From assembly GCA_039815185.1 (NCBI GenBank), contig JBCBZT010000012.1:64001-128000 (forward strand): 64,000 nucleotides of DNA, in the 5' to 3' direction. This DNA comes from Cyanobacteria bacterium P01_A01_bin.123 (GTDB lineage Bacteria > Cyanobacteriota > Cyanobacteriia > Phormidesmidales > Phormidesmidaceae). Shown here piece after piece: positions 19,687 to 30,342 of the stretch; position 1 is the first letter of the stretch; each line of letters begins with the position of its first letter. The translations under genes and the position numbers were made by a program. The notes under the pieces are model-generated. The model was given only the letters and a program-made list of their open reading frames with translations, did not search any database and was not told the DNA's origin.

Positions 19687-20342
19687 TAATTTGAACGAAT
19701 CAGTTGGCGATCGACAGCAGAGAATACCTTGTCGCAGGTTTCGGCATTCTTCAAACATTCGCACACCAGTTGGGCTACATCAGCCCGATGAATACTGCCC
19801 GACACGGTCGGATCTTCAGTCAACAACCCTTGCCCCGTGGTGGGTGCTGATAGCAAGCCACCGGGGCGAATAACGGTGTAAGTTAGGCCGCTGGCAATTA
19901 AATGGGCTTCTGCTTTTTCTTTTTCAGCCAGTACGGGGCCCAACACCGCCATTGCCTGGGCTGGCAGCGCCGGGGCACTCTCCCCTGCGCCAATGGACGA
20001 GATCAAAATAAACCGTCCTGCATGGGTCGCCACGGCTGCGTCAATAAGATGTTTGTTGCCTAGATAATCAGCGCGATCGCCGCCCCCATCCCTGGGTAAT
20101 CCCCCCACCGTTGAAATCACGGCATCAACTGGCGCACTCGCTGCAACCGCACGATGTACCGCGTCACTATCTAAGGCATCGCCGAAATGCACCTGAATTC
20201 CTAATGCCTCTAAATCAAATTGGGCATTTGGTTGACGCAATAGCGCATGGACACGATAGTGTTGAATACTTAATAGATTGGCGATCGCGCGACCCACACC
20301 CCGACTCGCCCCGGCCAGAAATACGGTTTTAGACTCAGCCAT
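19686..20342 (-). CDS. NAD(P)-binding SDR/NmrA-like oxidoreductase
   Basis: [33 protein letters not shown]. Confidence 0.88.
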   Translation of the reverse strand: MAESKTVFLAGASRGVGRAIANLLSIQHYRVHALLRQPNAQFDLEALGIQVHFGDALDSDAVHRAVAASAPVDAVISTVGGLPRDGGGDRADYLGNKHLIDAAVATHAGRFILISSIGAGESAPALPAQAMAVLGPVLAEKEKAEAHLIASGLTYTVIRPGGLLSAPTTGQGLLTEDPTVSGSIHRADVAQLVCECLKNAETCDKVFSAVDRQLIRSN

Positions 20343-20463
20343 CAAATATAAACCTGAAAAATTACTGCCGAAGTGTAGCATCCTTCATATTCGGGTTATC
20401 CGCCCCGTCGTGTTCTCGCACAAATCGGTAAAATCAAGACAGCGTTTTGATGAAGTAGACTCC

Positions 20464-21066
20464 ATGATTCCAACGGTTATCGAGCAGTCGGGTCGCGGTG
20501 AACGCGCCTTTGATATTTATTCACGCCTGTTGCGTGAGCGCATTGTCTTTTTAGGGGAGCAGGTTACAGCGGAGTCTGCCAACTTAATTGTGGCTCAGAT
20601 GCTATTTTTAGAAGCTGAAGATCCAGAGAAAGATATCTATCTGTATATCAACTCTCCGGGGGGGTCTGTGTCGGCTGGGCTAGGTGTTTTTGACACGATG
20701 AACCACATTCGCCCAGATGTTTGTACCATCTGTGTCGGACTCGCGGCTAGCATGGGGGCATTTTTGCTGAGTGCAGGGCAAAATGGCAAGCGCATGAGCT
20801 TGCCCAACTCGCGTATTATGATTCACCAGCCACTCGGCGGTGCCCAGGGACAAGCCACAGATATTGAGATTCAGGCGAAAGAAATTTTGTACTTGAAGCA
20901 GCAGCTTAACTTGGCCCTCGCCAAGCATACGGGGCAGCCATTGGAGCGGATTGAACGCGATACTGAGCGAGACTTCTTTATGTCTCCCGCTGAGGCCGTA
21001 GATTATGGTCTAATCGATCAGGTTATTGATCGGCACGCGGTGGGCAGCCGTCCTATGCCTGTGTAA
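20464..21066 (+). CDS. clpP: ATP-dependent Clp protease proteolytic subunit
   Basis: [42 protein letters not shown]. Confidence 0.97.
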   Translation: MIPTVIEQSGRGERAFDIYSRLLRERIVFLGEQVTAESANLIVAQMLFLEAEDPEKDIYLYINSPGGSVSAGLGVFDTMNHIRPDVCTICVGLAASMGAFLLSAGQNGKRMSLPNSRIMIHQPLGGAQGQATDIEIQAKEILYLKQQLNLALAKHTGQPLERIERDTERDFFMSPAEAVDYGLIDQVIDRHAVGSRPMPV

Positions 21067-21237
21067 TTGGGCCGATGGTTCTGCCTTGATAATCGGGAGC
21101 CGCGACGTTATCAAACTGTCGCGGCTTTTGAGTATCTTGCCTGCGCGAGCATCTTGCTCACACACTATTAAATCAAGCCAGATTGTTACGGCTGACAAAG
21201 CCACACGGCATAGGGCCATACTGCACAGGGAGCGCTA

Positions 21238-22761
21238 ATGAACGACATTCAACTGATTCGAGGACGCTGGATATTTACGGGAACGACGACCTTACCTGAG
21301 GGTGCGATCGCGATTCAAGGCGACTCCATCGTGTCCGTTGGGGATTGGGCCACGCTGCACAGACAATATCCCAATGCTGCGGTGTTGGGATCAGATCGGG
21401 TGGCAGTGATGCCGGGGTTGATCAACGCTCACCATCACAGTAACGGTGTGCCTCATGCGCTCCAGGGTATTGATGATGACTTTTTAGAACTGTGGTTGTT
21501 TGCGAACATTGCCTTGCGATCGCAGTCTCCCACGCTTAAAACCTTACTTAGCGCGGCTGCCCTTCTGAAAAGTGGGGTTACTAGTGTGCTCGATGTGGCC
21601 ACGATTTCAGATGCTGTGGAGGCAGCAACGGTTAATCTGAAAGCGCGAGTGCAGGCTTATGAACAAGCGGGTATTCGCGTAGCCCTGGCTCCTGGTGCGA
21701 CTTATAAAAGCTTTTTGGTGCATGGTGATGGCGAAGATGAGGCATTCCTCAACACCTTGCCAGCGGCATTGCAACAGCAAGTGCGTTCGCAGGTGGCGCT
21801 GCACCAATCCCTTGCCCCGACAACCTACCTGGAGTTGATTAGCGATTGGGCCCGCACCTACAAACATCATCCTCACATTGATATATGGTTTGGCCCCCCT
21901 GGCCCCCAGTGGGTCGAGGACAAGCTAATGGTAGAGATTGCGGCGGCAGCGTCACGGCTCAATACAGGGATTCAAACCCATGTCACCGAATCGTTTTGTG
22001 AAAAGCTAGTGGGGCCACGCTACTACGGCAAATCCACCATCGCCCACCTGAACGATTTGGGTGTGCTGAGTCCTCAATTTTCTATGGCCCACGGGGTCTG
22101 GCTGACACCAGAGGACATCGTTACCCTAGCGGAGACGGGGGCTTCTCTCAGCCACAATCCTAGTTCTAACCTGCGGTTGCGGGCAGGTGTTGCACCTGTC
22201 AACCAGCTTTTAGCCGCTGGGGTGACCATTGGCTTAGGGATGGACGGCACGACCTTGGGTGACGACGAAGACATGTTTACTGAAATGCAGTTGGCGGCAC
22301 GGCTGCACCGTACGCCTCAAATTGGGTCTCCGGCTCCTAGCTTTAGGGATATCTTTCAAATGGCGACTAGTGGCGGTGCAAAGTTGATGATGCAAGATCA
22401 GGTTCTGGGACGCCTTGCCCCTGGTTATAAAGCTGATGTGGTTTTAGTGAACTGCGATCGCATCACTTGGCCCTGGATTGCCCCCGAGGCCGACCCGCTG
22501 CAGGTTGTGATGATGCGGGCTAAAGCGGCTGATGTGGAGACAGTACTGGTGAATGGTCGAGTCGTGTTAGACAATGGACAGCCGACGGGCTTTGATCTGA
22601 AAGCGGTGGGTGAAGAGGTGGCAGCTCAACTAGATGCAGCCCCCGATCGCCAGGAATACCGAGCCTTAGCCAGTGATCTAAAACCGTATTTGGCTCGCTG
22701 GTACGAAACCTGGGAATCGCCAGTGCTAGTGCCCTACGATGCCTTTAACTCAGAAGTTTAA
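21238..22761 (+). CDS. Amidohydrolase family (SsnA/deaminase-like) protein
   Basis: PGLINAHHH, QTHVTE, AHGVW, HNPSSNLRL, GLGMDG. Confidence 0.88.
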   Translation: MNDIQLIRGRWIFTGTTTLPEGAIAIQGDSIVSVGDWATLHRQYPNAAVLGSDRVAVMPGLINAHHHSNGVPHALQGIDDDFLELWLFANIALRSQSPTLKTLLSAAALLKSGVTSVLDVATISDAVEAATVNLKARVQAYEQAGIRVALAPGATYKSFLVHGDGEDEAFLNTLPAALQQQVRSQVALHQSLAPTTYLELISDWARTYKHHPHIDIWFGPPGPQWVEDKLMVEIAAAASRLNTGIQTHVTESFCEKLVGPRYYGKSTIAHLNDLGVLSPQFSMAHGVWLTPEDIVTLAETGASLSHNPSSNLRLRAGVAPVNQLLAAGVTIGLGMDGTTLGDDEDMFTEMQLAARLHRTPQIGSPAPSFRDIFQMATSGGAKLMMQDQVLGRLAPGYKADVVLVNCDRITWPWIAPEADPLQVVMMRAKAADVETVLVNGRVVLDNGQPTGFDLKAVGEEVAAQLDAAPDRQEYRALASDLKPYLARWYETWESPVLVPYDAFNSEV

Positions 22762-22788
22762 TATCGCCAGTGGTTGTGGAGGCGTTGA

Positions 22789-23610
22789 ATGATGGTTGAC
22801 CCCAATGGTTTTCTAAGTTTGTCCCAAGGGCATTTGAATACGCTGAACCAGTGCGATCGCCGATTTCAGCATCTTTTTCTAGATGGCTTGGTGGTGCCTA
22901 CCTCGCCGGAACAGCAGGCTAGTCTCGATTGGGGGAATCGTTTTCACCTACTGATGCAGCAGCGCGAATTGGATTTGCCGATTGAGGTGATGATGGCCCA
23001 AGACGATGAACTTAAAGCTAGCCTCAATAAACTCTTAGAAACGGCTCCGGAGCTAGTGCCCACAACGGCTGCGTCTGGGGAGTTGCGCCAAAGTGAACAT
23101 CGCCGCACGCTGGCCTTTAATGGGTATTTGCTTACGGCGATTTATGACTTAATTTGTTTGAGCCCAAGCTGTGGCGAAATCTTTGATTGGAAAACGTATC
23201 CGACGCCACGTAAACGGGCTTATCTAGGGCAAGATTGGCAAACGCGACTTTATTTGTTTTTGCTGGCAGAAACCACCGATTTACCGCCAGAAAATCTATC
23301 CATGACCTATTGGTTTGTTCGCAGTCGCGATGCTCAAACCCATAAGCTCCTGCCCCAACCGGAACGCTTTAACTACGATAGTTTACGCCATGAACAAACT
23401 CGTCAGGATCTGTACCAGGTTACTGATCGGTTAACCCAACAGTTAGAGACGCTTAAAGAAACGGGAACTTTGCTTCCTAAGGTGGATGAGGCTAAAGGCT
23501 ATTGCGAGACTTGTCCGTTTGCGGTGCGATGTCAGCGTGCAGGTCATGTATCTGGGATGGCACGATTGAGCTTACCTGAACTTGCCAGCGTTGAAGAGGT
23601 ATCTCTTTAG
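22789..23610 (+). CDS. PD-(D/E)XK nuclease, RecB/Cas4-like
   Basis: LSQ..LN...C.RRF, GNRFH, YDL, DWKT, Q..LY, C-terminal CxxCP....C. Confidence 0.82.
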   Translation: MMVDPNGFLSLSQGHLNTLNQCDRRFQHLFLDGLVVPTSPEQQASLDWGNRFHLLMQQRELDLPIEVMMAQDDELKASLNKLLETAPELVPTTAASGELRQSEHRRTLAFNGYLLTAIYDLICLSPSCGEIFDWKTYPTPRKRAYLGQDWQTRLYLFLLAETTDLPPENLSMTYWFVRSRDAQTHKLLPQPERFNYDSLRHEQTRQDLYQVTDRLTQQLETLKETGTLLPKVDEAKGYCETCPFAVRCQRAGHVSGMARLSLPELASVEEVSL

Positions 23611-23716
23611 GATGATTCAGCAGTATTGAGTAAAAATAACTGAGTTGATCTAATGACAAAGACTCAGCTATCAGCCAATATATTCCCCCTATTTTCAGCG
23701 TTGAACCATTTTATTT

Positions 23717-24712
23717 TTATGAGAATTGTTCAACAAGTTTCTGAACATGGGGTTTCGACCTGCCATAGCTAACGATCGCGACTTCTAAATTCCAATCTTT
23801 GTAGCATTTCAGCGCCCGTTTCAAACCATCCATAATCCAATCGGTTTCATTTCCAAACACCCCACCACCGATCAGTGTCAAAAACATGCGATTGTTGCCA
23901 GTGTGGAGTGAATTCAAAATTGCGGTGCAAATTGTGGCTTCGTAAGACGCTTCTAACACTAGCCGAGCAAAGCTTTCCCACAGTTCAGAAGGATGATTGC
24001 AATAGTCAACCGGCAAAGCGGAGCAATAAGCCTGGGTGACGGTGTGTTTTGAGTTCCGAATTGTGACCTGGGTGTTCCACTGGATGCCGATTCTCAGGCG
24101 TTGACGCAATTGATCCAGCTCATCTGCTGAGGCTGCATCGAGTCGATTAGAAATCTCGATCAGTCCCTCACGCGAGGCCAACGCATAACCATTGGTCATT
24201 GTCCAAAGTCGTTGATCAGAATTGCCTAGGGCAACTCCAATGTCTGCAAGGCAATCAATTTGGTTGTGAACTGATTGGCCGACGTGATTATTGACGACGG
24301 CAAAGTAATTCCGATAAATCGTGCCTGCCCCAGCCGCGATCGCGCACGCTGGCCCTTGGGTTAAATCATGCTCATAGATGCCAACACCATCGTCAGGAGT
24401 TAAACTCGGACCTGCCATTTCCAGCAAATTAAATTGGGACGCAACTTGAAACAAACAACCCCCGTTCGATTCATCGGCATGTAAATCTGAAACGTCTGCA
24501 ACCACCTCGCGTACCGAAAGTTGCCCAACAGCATGCTGACTAGAGTCCACACGGTTCCGCAATTCTCCCAAGGAGGGCGTTTCCAATTGCCCACAAGTGA
24601 ATGTCCTACCGTTCACGAGGGATGTCAACGTGTCACCATCGACAGTCATATGCCCATGCACTTGGCTCGCTGATGTTTCACGAAAGCCAGTCAATCCTTC
24701 AAACCATGTCAT
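23717..24712 (-). CDS. Conserved hypothetical protein, possible macrodomain/PARG-like fold
   Basis: FQVASQFNLLEM, DLTQGPACA, LTLIGGGVFGN. Confidence 0.6.
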   Translation of the reverse strand: MTWFEGLTGFRETSASQVHGHMTVDGDTLTSLVNGRTFTCGQLETPSLGELRNRVDSSQHAVGQLSVREVVADVSDLHADESNGGCLFQVASQFNLLEMAGPSLTPDDGVGIYEHDLTQGPACAIAAGAGTIYRNYFAVVNNHVGQSVHNQIDCLADIGVALGNSDQRLWTMTNGYALASREGLIEISNRLDAASADELDQLRQRLRIGIQWNTQVTIRNSKHTVTQAYCSALPVDYCNHPSELWESFARLVLEASYEATICTAILNSLHTGNNRMFLTLIGGGVFGNETDWIMDGLKRALKCYKDWNLEVAIVSYGRSKPHVQKLVEQFS

Positions 24713-25382
24713 TGGATTTTTCCAACTGACGACCAAACCACAACGCTGCCCCGCCGTTACTCTCTGTTTTCAATCGTGCCACCGTCTGATTTAACAGCAC
24801 AAGCGGTAATCCTTTAAGTGCTTCAGATAAATCACAGGTATCATAAGCCCCTTGCTCATTCAGCCGAAAAGCAAACCCCCGACACCCCGTCACATCAATC
24901 ACCCAATATTCTGGAATTTCTAAAGCAGCATAAAGATGCTTTTTCTCATCTAGATCAGTTGGCAAGGTTGTATCTGCTACCTCCCCCACTAAATTCGGCA
25001 CACGCCATTGATCCAAATTAATCCGTCGTCGTTCACCCGATTGCCACTGCGGAAAATCAGCACCCACATACCAGACAATATCTGGTGCAGCCCCGCGCTG
25101 CGTTGGTTTTTCTAAAACACAGCCGCGGAGATTAGAAAACTCACGTTGCCCCTGCTTGGCAAACCAGGCTAAAAAGATCATCGAAATCAGTTGGCAAAAA
25201 TTAGAGTGATTGATTCCCTCATTACCCATATCAACCCAAATTAAACCCGCATTGTAAAAAGCCCGCACCTCGTCAAAAGTTGACTCTTCGCAGTAGCGAA
25301 CGAATAATTCCCAGGTCGCAGGGTGCCAAGTTTTGAGCGGGATGGTCAGCGTAGTTGGCTGATTGGTGGGAGTTGTAACCAT
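24699..25382 (-). CDS. Uma2 family endonuclease (DUF820)
   Basis: PDIVWY, PNLVGEVADTT, KKHLYAALEIPEYWVID. Confidence 0.88.
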   Translation of the reverse strand: MVTTPTNQPTTLTIPLKTWHPATWELFVRYCEESTFDEVRAFYNAGLIWVDMGNEGINHSNFCQLISMIFLAWFAKQGQREFSNLRGCVLEKPTQRGAAPDIVWYVGADFPQWQSGERRRINLDQWRVPNLVGEVADTTLPTDLDEKKHLYAALEIPEYWVIDVTGCRGFAFRLNEQGAYDTCDLSEALKGLPLVLLNQTVARLKTESNGGAALWFGRQLEKSNDMV

Positions 25383-25502
25383 TTAAGAATGCCGTAACCG
25401 TTAACTTCATTCTATGTTCTGGCCCTTGATGCTTCTAGGAAAAAGTAAAGACAACTCGCTATTCTATGGTTGTCCTAGCTTTGTCTGCACCTTGGCTCCG
25501 TG

Positions 25503-26279
25503 CTATTCCATCGCGGTTAGGGGGAATTTCGCCGGAATGCCGACCGCTCGCGGAAACTTGTCAAGTGTTCGATGAGTTTTATTCAAAACTACACAGTGGC
25601 GCTGCCCCGCAGTGATCGGCGTGCACCAAGGATAAATCTGCGCTAACTCACCCCCCAATTGCGACACGGCAAGGTTAAGTGCTGCTGTTTCAGTCGCTGA
25701 CCATTGGCCGCGATAAAGGACGGCTTGCCCTCCTGGTTTGAGTAGCGGTAGGGCATATTCGGCACAGGTGGCGGCAGGGCCAACCGCTCGAATCAAGGCG
25801 AGGTCATAGGCTTCTCGGTGAATGGGTTGATGACCAACTGCTTCGGCACGCTCAGTAACCACTGCAATGTGAGTTAACCCCAGCGTTTGTCCCAGGGTTT
25901 GTAAAAACCGCATTTTCTTTTGGGTTGAATCGAGCAACGTTACAGACCAGTTGGGACAGGCGATCGCGACCGGAATCCCTGGGAAACCGCCGCCAGTACC
26001 AATGTCGATGACCGCCAACCCGCTAGCCCTATTATTCAGGTCTAGGGGCAGGTTTACGGGTTGCCCCAACCACGGCGCAATACCGCTGAGGGAATCCCAC
26101 AGATGCTTTTCCCAAAAGTCTGTTGGATGGGTAATGCGGGTTAAGTTGAGGGTTTGATTGGCCGCCAGAATACCGTCATAAAGCTGCTGGAACAGACTCA
26201 ACTGCTGATCATTGGGTTGCCAACCCAGCGTCGTTTGCCATAGTGATCGGTTTCCCGGCAGTTGGGTCGAAGCTTCCAT
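25503..26279 (-). CDS. rsmG: 16S rRNA m7G527 methyltransferase
   Basis: NLTRIT, KHLWDSL, DIGTGGGFPG, RAE, FPRAVGIP. Confidence 0.93.
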   Translation of the reverse strand: MEASTQLPGNRSLWQTTLGWQPNDQQLSLFQQLYDGILAANQTLNLTRITHPTDFWEKHLWDSLSGIAPWLGQPVNLPLDLNNRASGLAVIDIGTGGGFPGIPVAIACPNWSVTLLDSTQKKMRFLQTLGQTLGLTHIAVVTERAEAVGHQPIHREAYDLALIRAVGPAATCAEYALPLLKPGGQAVLYRGQWSATETAALNLAVSQLGGELAQIYPWCTPITAGQRHCVVLNKTHRTLDKFPRAVGIPAKFPLTAME

Positions 26280-26284
26280 CCCGA

Positions 26285-26959
26285 CTAGCTAACCGTTGAA
26301 GGCGCGATCGCATTTTTCTTAAACTGCGCCGGATCCACTTCCTGAAGTTCGCCGTGGTTGATCGTCCAGCAGCGATCTGCAATATCGGCTAACTCTTCTG
26401 CGTCATGGGAGACGACTAACAAACTCCACTCTTGCTTAAGTTGAGCCAATAGGGCAATTAACTGTCGCCGCATCGACCAATCTAACCCAGCTGTAGGTTC
26501 ATCCAACATGAGCAAGTTGGGTTGGCGAATCAGTTGGACGGCCAAAGCGAGACGGCGTTGTTGCCCCCCACTGAGGGCATGGGGTGGGGCTTTTAAGCTC
26601 AAGTGAGCCAGCCCAACCGCATCTAAAGTTTGGTGAATGCGGTCTGCAGACAGTTCAGGATGGCCCAACCGCAATTCTTCTAAAATCGTGTGTCCACAGA
26701 AATGCCGCTCCGGAAACTGAAACACCAATCCCCCCAGCTGTCTCAACATTTCAGGGGTTAATTCTTGGCTGCGCCAACAGATCTTGCCCTGGGTCGGCAT
26801 GGCCAACCCTGCCAAAAGCTCCAGTAACGTACTTTTACCTGACCCGCTTGGCCCCACAATTAACCCCATTTGCTTAGGGGCAAGTTCGAGGTTGATTGAC
26901 TTTAAGATCGCCGTTTGACTGGCCGTGGGATGATAGTTCAGGTCTTGGATATACAGCAT
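26285..26959 (-). CDS. ABC transporter ATP-binding protein (EcfA/CbiO-like)
   Basis: GPSGSGKST, FQFPE, LSGGQQRR, LDEPTAGLD. Confidence 0.9.
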   Translation of the reverse strand: MLYIQDLNYHPTASQTAILKSINLELAPKQMGLIVGPSGSGKSTLLELLAGLAMPTQGKICWRSQELTPEMLRQLGGLVFQFPERHFCGHTILEELRLGHPELSADRIHQTLDAVGLAHLSLKAPPHALSGGQQRRLALAVQLIRQPNLLMLDEPTAGLDWSMRRQLIALLAQLKQEWSLLVVSHDAEELADIADRCWTINHGELQEVDPAQFKKNAIAPSTVS

Positions 26960-27045
26960 TCACTAGCCAGGTAATAAAATAGATAGGCGCTATCTACTAG
27001 GATAGGCCAGAGATTACAAACTTCGGTTGAGATATCAGGGGAAAC

Positions 27046-28302
27046 ATGATGGCTACACCAACCCCAGGCATAGAACTCATCAAAAAATTTGAAGGACTGC
27101 GGTTAGAGGCTTATGCTGATCCGTTGACCGGGGGGAAACCCTATACCATTGGCTGGGGCAATACCCAACGCAAAGATGGGAGCCCTTTTGCGTTGGGCGA
27201 ACGGATTAGCCAACAAGAAGCCCAAGATTTGCTGATTTGGCATGTCGAAGAAAGCTTTTTGCCCCCCCTGCAGCGGATTCCGGCCTGGGCTGGGATGAAT
27301 GAAGCTCAACAGGGAGCCATCTTGAGTTTTGCGTACAACCTAGGGGCTCACTTTTACGGTGCGTCCGGTTTTGAAACCATTAGCCGAGTCTTGCGTAACC
27401 AACAGTGGGATCAAATCGAAGCGGCTCTGGTGCTTTACCGCAATCCCAGGAGCAATGTGGAAGAAGGGTTGCTTCGTCGTCGTCTGACGGAAGCCGAACT
27501 GTTTCTTTCCGGCACGCCAGGTTTGGCACTCAGCGATTTGGGCAAAGCCTATCTGAGTGCAAGACGTACCGGCGGTGGGCGGCTCAGCAGTCAAGCCTCT
27601 AGCTATCTTGCCGGTCGCCCCATTCCCCGCTCGACTGGGAGTGATCAGCCCACGGCTGTCCCTGCTAACGTGGCCTCATCTGCCCCCCGCGTCCTGTTAA
27701 TCGCCCAACCGTATCTGCAAGGCGAGGATGTCCTAGCTGTGCAAAAAGCATTGGCAGCTAAAGGGGCTGGGGTTGTCGTTGATGGGGTATATGGGCCCGC
27801 GACGAAATTAGCTGTGGAGCGATTTCAGCAGGTAAATGACCTCACTGCCGACGGCATCGTTGGCCCACAGACCCTGGCTCGTTTGATGGAACGTGTCTTG
27901 TACCTAACCACGCCTCCCCAGCAAGGGCTGGATGTGAAAACTGTGCAGCAGGCTTTAGTTAAAGCAGGGGTCAATGTCATCGTTGACGGTGTCTTTGGTG
28001 CGGGTACTCAGCAAGCGGTGAAGCAATTTCAACTGTCCGCAGGGCTGAATGTGGATGGTGTTGTTGGCCCCAAAACGCTGAAAATTTTGCAAGCGCGGCC
28101 CCTTTACGTGACCCAACCGCTGTTGCAGGGGGACGACGTTGCCCAAGTGCAAACTGCCCTCCAACGGCATGGGGGTGCCGTGGCCGTTGACGGCGTCTAT
28201 GGTAACCAAACGGCTGAAGCTGTCGCTCAGTTTCAACGCAAATATGGTTTACAGGTTGATGGCATCGCGGGACGCCGGACTTTAGCGAAGTTGTTGCTTT
28301 AG
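27046..28302 (+). CDS. GH24 lysozyme fused to three peptidoglycan-binding domains
   Basis: IKKFEG.RLEAYAD....YTIGWG, SFAYNLG, GLLRRRLTEAELF; three DG.(Y/F)G..T..AV..FQ...L..DG..G..T repeats. Confidence 0.88.
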   Translation: MMATPTPGIELIKKFEGLRLEAYADPLTGGKPYTIGWGNTQRKDGSPFALGERISQQEAQDLLIWHVEESFLPPLQRIPAWAGMNEAQQGAILSFAYNLGAHFYGASGFETISRVLRNQQWDQIEAALVLYRNPRSNVEEGLLRRRLTEAELFLSGTPGLALSDLGKAYLSARRTGGGRLSSQASSYLAGRPIPRSTGSDQPTAVPANVASSAPRVLLIAQPYLQGEDVLAVQKALAAKGAGVVVDGVYGPATKLAVERFQQVNDLTADGIVGPQTLARLMERVLYLTTPPQQGLDVKTVQQALVKAGVNVIVDGVFGAGTQQAVKQFQLSAGLNVDGVVGPKTLKILQARPLYVTQPLLQGDDVAQVQTALQRHGGAVAVDGVYGNQTAEAVAQFQRKYGLQVDGIAGRRTLAKLLL

Positions 28303-28306
28303 GTTT

Positions 28307-29275
28307 ATGGTGAACCCGTCCGATGTTTCTCCAGAGATTCTGTCAGAGTCGATGGCGCTGGTGGTCAAAACGCCCCAAGCTGAACGGCTCGATCGGTGGT
28401 TGGCAAATCAGTTGTTGAACTACTCTCGCAGCCGCATTCAAAAACTGATCGAAGCGGGAGAGATCACGATCAACGGTCAGGTTTGCACCCAGAAAAAAAC
28501 AGTAGTGCAGCTGGGGGATGCGATCGTGATTACGGTACCTGCTCCTGAACCACTGGAACTGATAGCAGAAGCCATTCCCCTAGACATCCTTTACGAAGAC
28601 GACCAGCTTTTGATCATTAATAAACCAGCTGGGATGGTGGTGCACCCCGCCCCAGGTCACGATCGTGGCACGCTGGTTAACGCTATTTTGGCTCACTGTG
28701 GCGATCGCCTTGCGGGCATCGGCGGGGTACAGCGGCCTGGCATTGTCCATCGCTTGGATAAAGACACCACGGGCGCGATCGCAGTGGCTAAAACTGACCT
28801 AGCCCATCAACATTTGCAAGCCCAGATCAAGGCCAAAACGGCTCGCCGCGACTATCTTGGGGTTGTCTACGGGGCTCCAACGGTTGATCTCGGTACGGTC
28901 AATGCTCCCGTCGGTCGCCATCCTGTCGATCGTAAAAAGATGTCAATTGTCCCCGAAGCTAAGGGGGGACGCGTGGCTATCACCCATTGGCAAGTGAGAG
29001 AGCGTTTAGGAAACTACACGTTGATTCATTTTCAGTTAGAAACCGGGCGCACCCACCAAATTCGCGTCCACAGTACCCACTTAGGCCATCCGATTGTGGG
29101 AGATTTGGTCTATGGTTCTGGACGATCGGTGGGCGTTAATTTACCAGGGCAGGCACTCCACGCCTGGCGGTTAACGGTAGTGCATCCAGTATCGGAGCAG
29201 GTGATTGAAGCGATCGCGCCCTTACCGCAACCGATGGAAACCCTGTTGGCGGTGTTGCGCAACCGCGCGGGCTAG
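28307..29275 (+). CDS. rluD: RluA/RluD family 23S rRNA pseudouridine synthase
   Basis: S4 domain RLDRWL, NKPAGMVVHP, VHRLDKDTTG, TGRTHQIRVH. Confidence 0.9.
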   Translation: MVNPSDVSPEILSESMALVVKTPQAERLDRWLANQLLNYSRSRIQKLIEAGEITINGQVCTQKKTVVQLGDAIVITVPAPEPLELIAEAIPLDILYEDDQLLIINKPAGMVVHPAPGHDRGTLVNAILAHCGDRLAGIGGVQRPGIVHRLDKDTTGAIAVAKTDLAHQHLQAQIKAKTARRDYLGVVYGAPTVDLGTVNAPVGRHPVDRKKMSIVPEAKGGRVAITHWQVRERLGNYTLIHFQLETGRTHQIRVHSTHLGHPIVGDLVYGSGRSVGVNLPGQALHAWRLTVVHPVSEQVIEAIAPLPQPMETLLAVLRNRAG

Positions 29276-29303
29276 TCGTCTGCGGTCTAGGCCCCAAAAC
29301 AAA

Positions 29304-29329
29304 ACTGTCCTAGCCAATGCTAGGACAGC
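29304..29329. terminator. Hairpin between convergent rluD and cpcG
   Basis: CTGTCCTAGC-caat-GCTAGGACAG. Confidence 0.55.
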
Positions 29330-29467
29330 GCCATGAGTGAGCTTAAAATCACCAGTGGGCGATCGCCACAACTCATACAAACCTTAACCGTTAATGCCTG
29401 TAGCGCCAGTCAGAAATTCCTGAAAGTCCTTCCAATATTAAACTCTCAGGAATTGCCTGAAATGCTG

Positions 29468-30226
29468 CTAGAAGTTGACTTTACGATAAGGAACAGACGA
29501 GATGTTGATACTCGCTGTCGTTACCCGAGGCTGGACACCACCCCGATTCGAGATGCTGCGGGCCATGTCGAGATAAAGGGAGGGGTTGCCAGCGGTGGCC
29601 TTCTTCTCCTGAGGGACAAACCGCTTGACTTCGGTCTGCCAAACAATTTGAGGAAAGCCCAAGATAGACCTATAGTACTCGTCGTAACGAGGCAGTTTGA
29701 TATTGGTAGGAAGTTCGCCTTCTGAGCGACCGGGTAGAACCCGCCGCCGCCGATAGGGCACCACGTCATAACCAAAACTTTCTAAATACTCGTCACTATC
29801 GAGCAGCTCATCTACAAAGCCTTTTATCCCTTTGGTCGCGACTTTAATCGACCAGGCAATGGTTTCTTGCTTACTGTAGGCCTGACGGCCCAGGACGCGT
29901 TCAACACATTGCTCAACAAAGCGATAATTACTGTTTTTGGCGTAGAAGCTGTTGTAAAAGGTTTCGGAAAGCAGTAGACCACGAATAAAATCGCGGACGG
30001 TAATTTGCCCATTACGCAACTGAGACTCTAGAAAAGGTTCACGGTCTGCAGCAAAGGCATGGAAGAAAATTTGACGATACGCCGCCTCAATCAAATTGCG
30101 CATATCAGAACTGTCCAAGATGTTCTCAGTGGAGAAAATCCTGGGCTGATCATCACCGGATACTTCGTATCCTTTAACACGCTCGTTCTGGCTGGACGGG
30201 ACATAACTCAATAACGGAAGAGCCAC
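29468..30226 (-). CDS. cpcG: Phycobilisome rod-core linker polypeptide
   Basis: [43 protein letters not shown]; no hydrophobic C-terminal tail, so CpcG rather than CpcL. Confidence 0.93.
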   Translation of the reverse strand: MALPLLSYVPSSQNERVKGYEVSGDDQPRIFSTENILDSSDMRNLIEAAYRQIFFHAFAADREPFLESQLRNGQITVRDFIRGLLLSETFYNSFYAKNSNYRFVEQCVERVLGRQAYSKQETIAWSIKVATKGIKGFVDELLDSDEYLESFGYDVVPYRRRRVLPGRSEGELPTNIKLPRYDEYYRSILGFPQIVWQTEVKRFVPQEKKATAGNPSLYLDMARSISNRGGVQPRVTTASINISSVPYRKVNF

Positions 30227-30342
30227 TTCTGAATCTCCACAATCTGAACAATCTGAGGAAAGTTTACAAACGTTAACCCTAATAATAAGGGAGAGGTGAA
30301 CTCTAGCCTAGGCAGATGAGGAAATCATCATAGACCTTAACA

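Noticed and set aside
27046..28302. Prophage around the lysozyme gene
   Set aside because: No structural, terminase, holin or integrase genes; flanked by housekeeping genes.
29333..29725. 130-aa ORF antisense to cpcG (likewise 34553-34954 antisense to the speA start)
   Set aside because: Overlaps a well-supported gene on the opposite strand and has no motifs.
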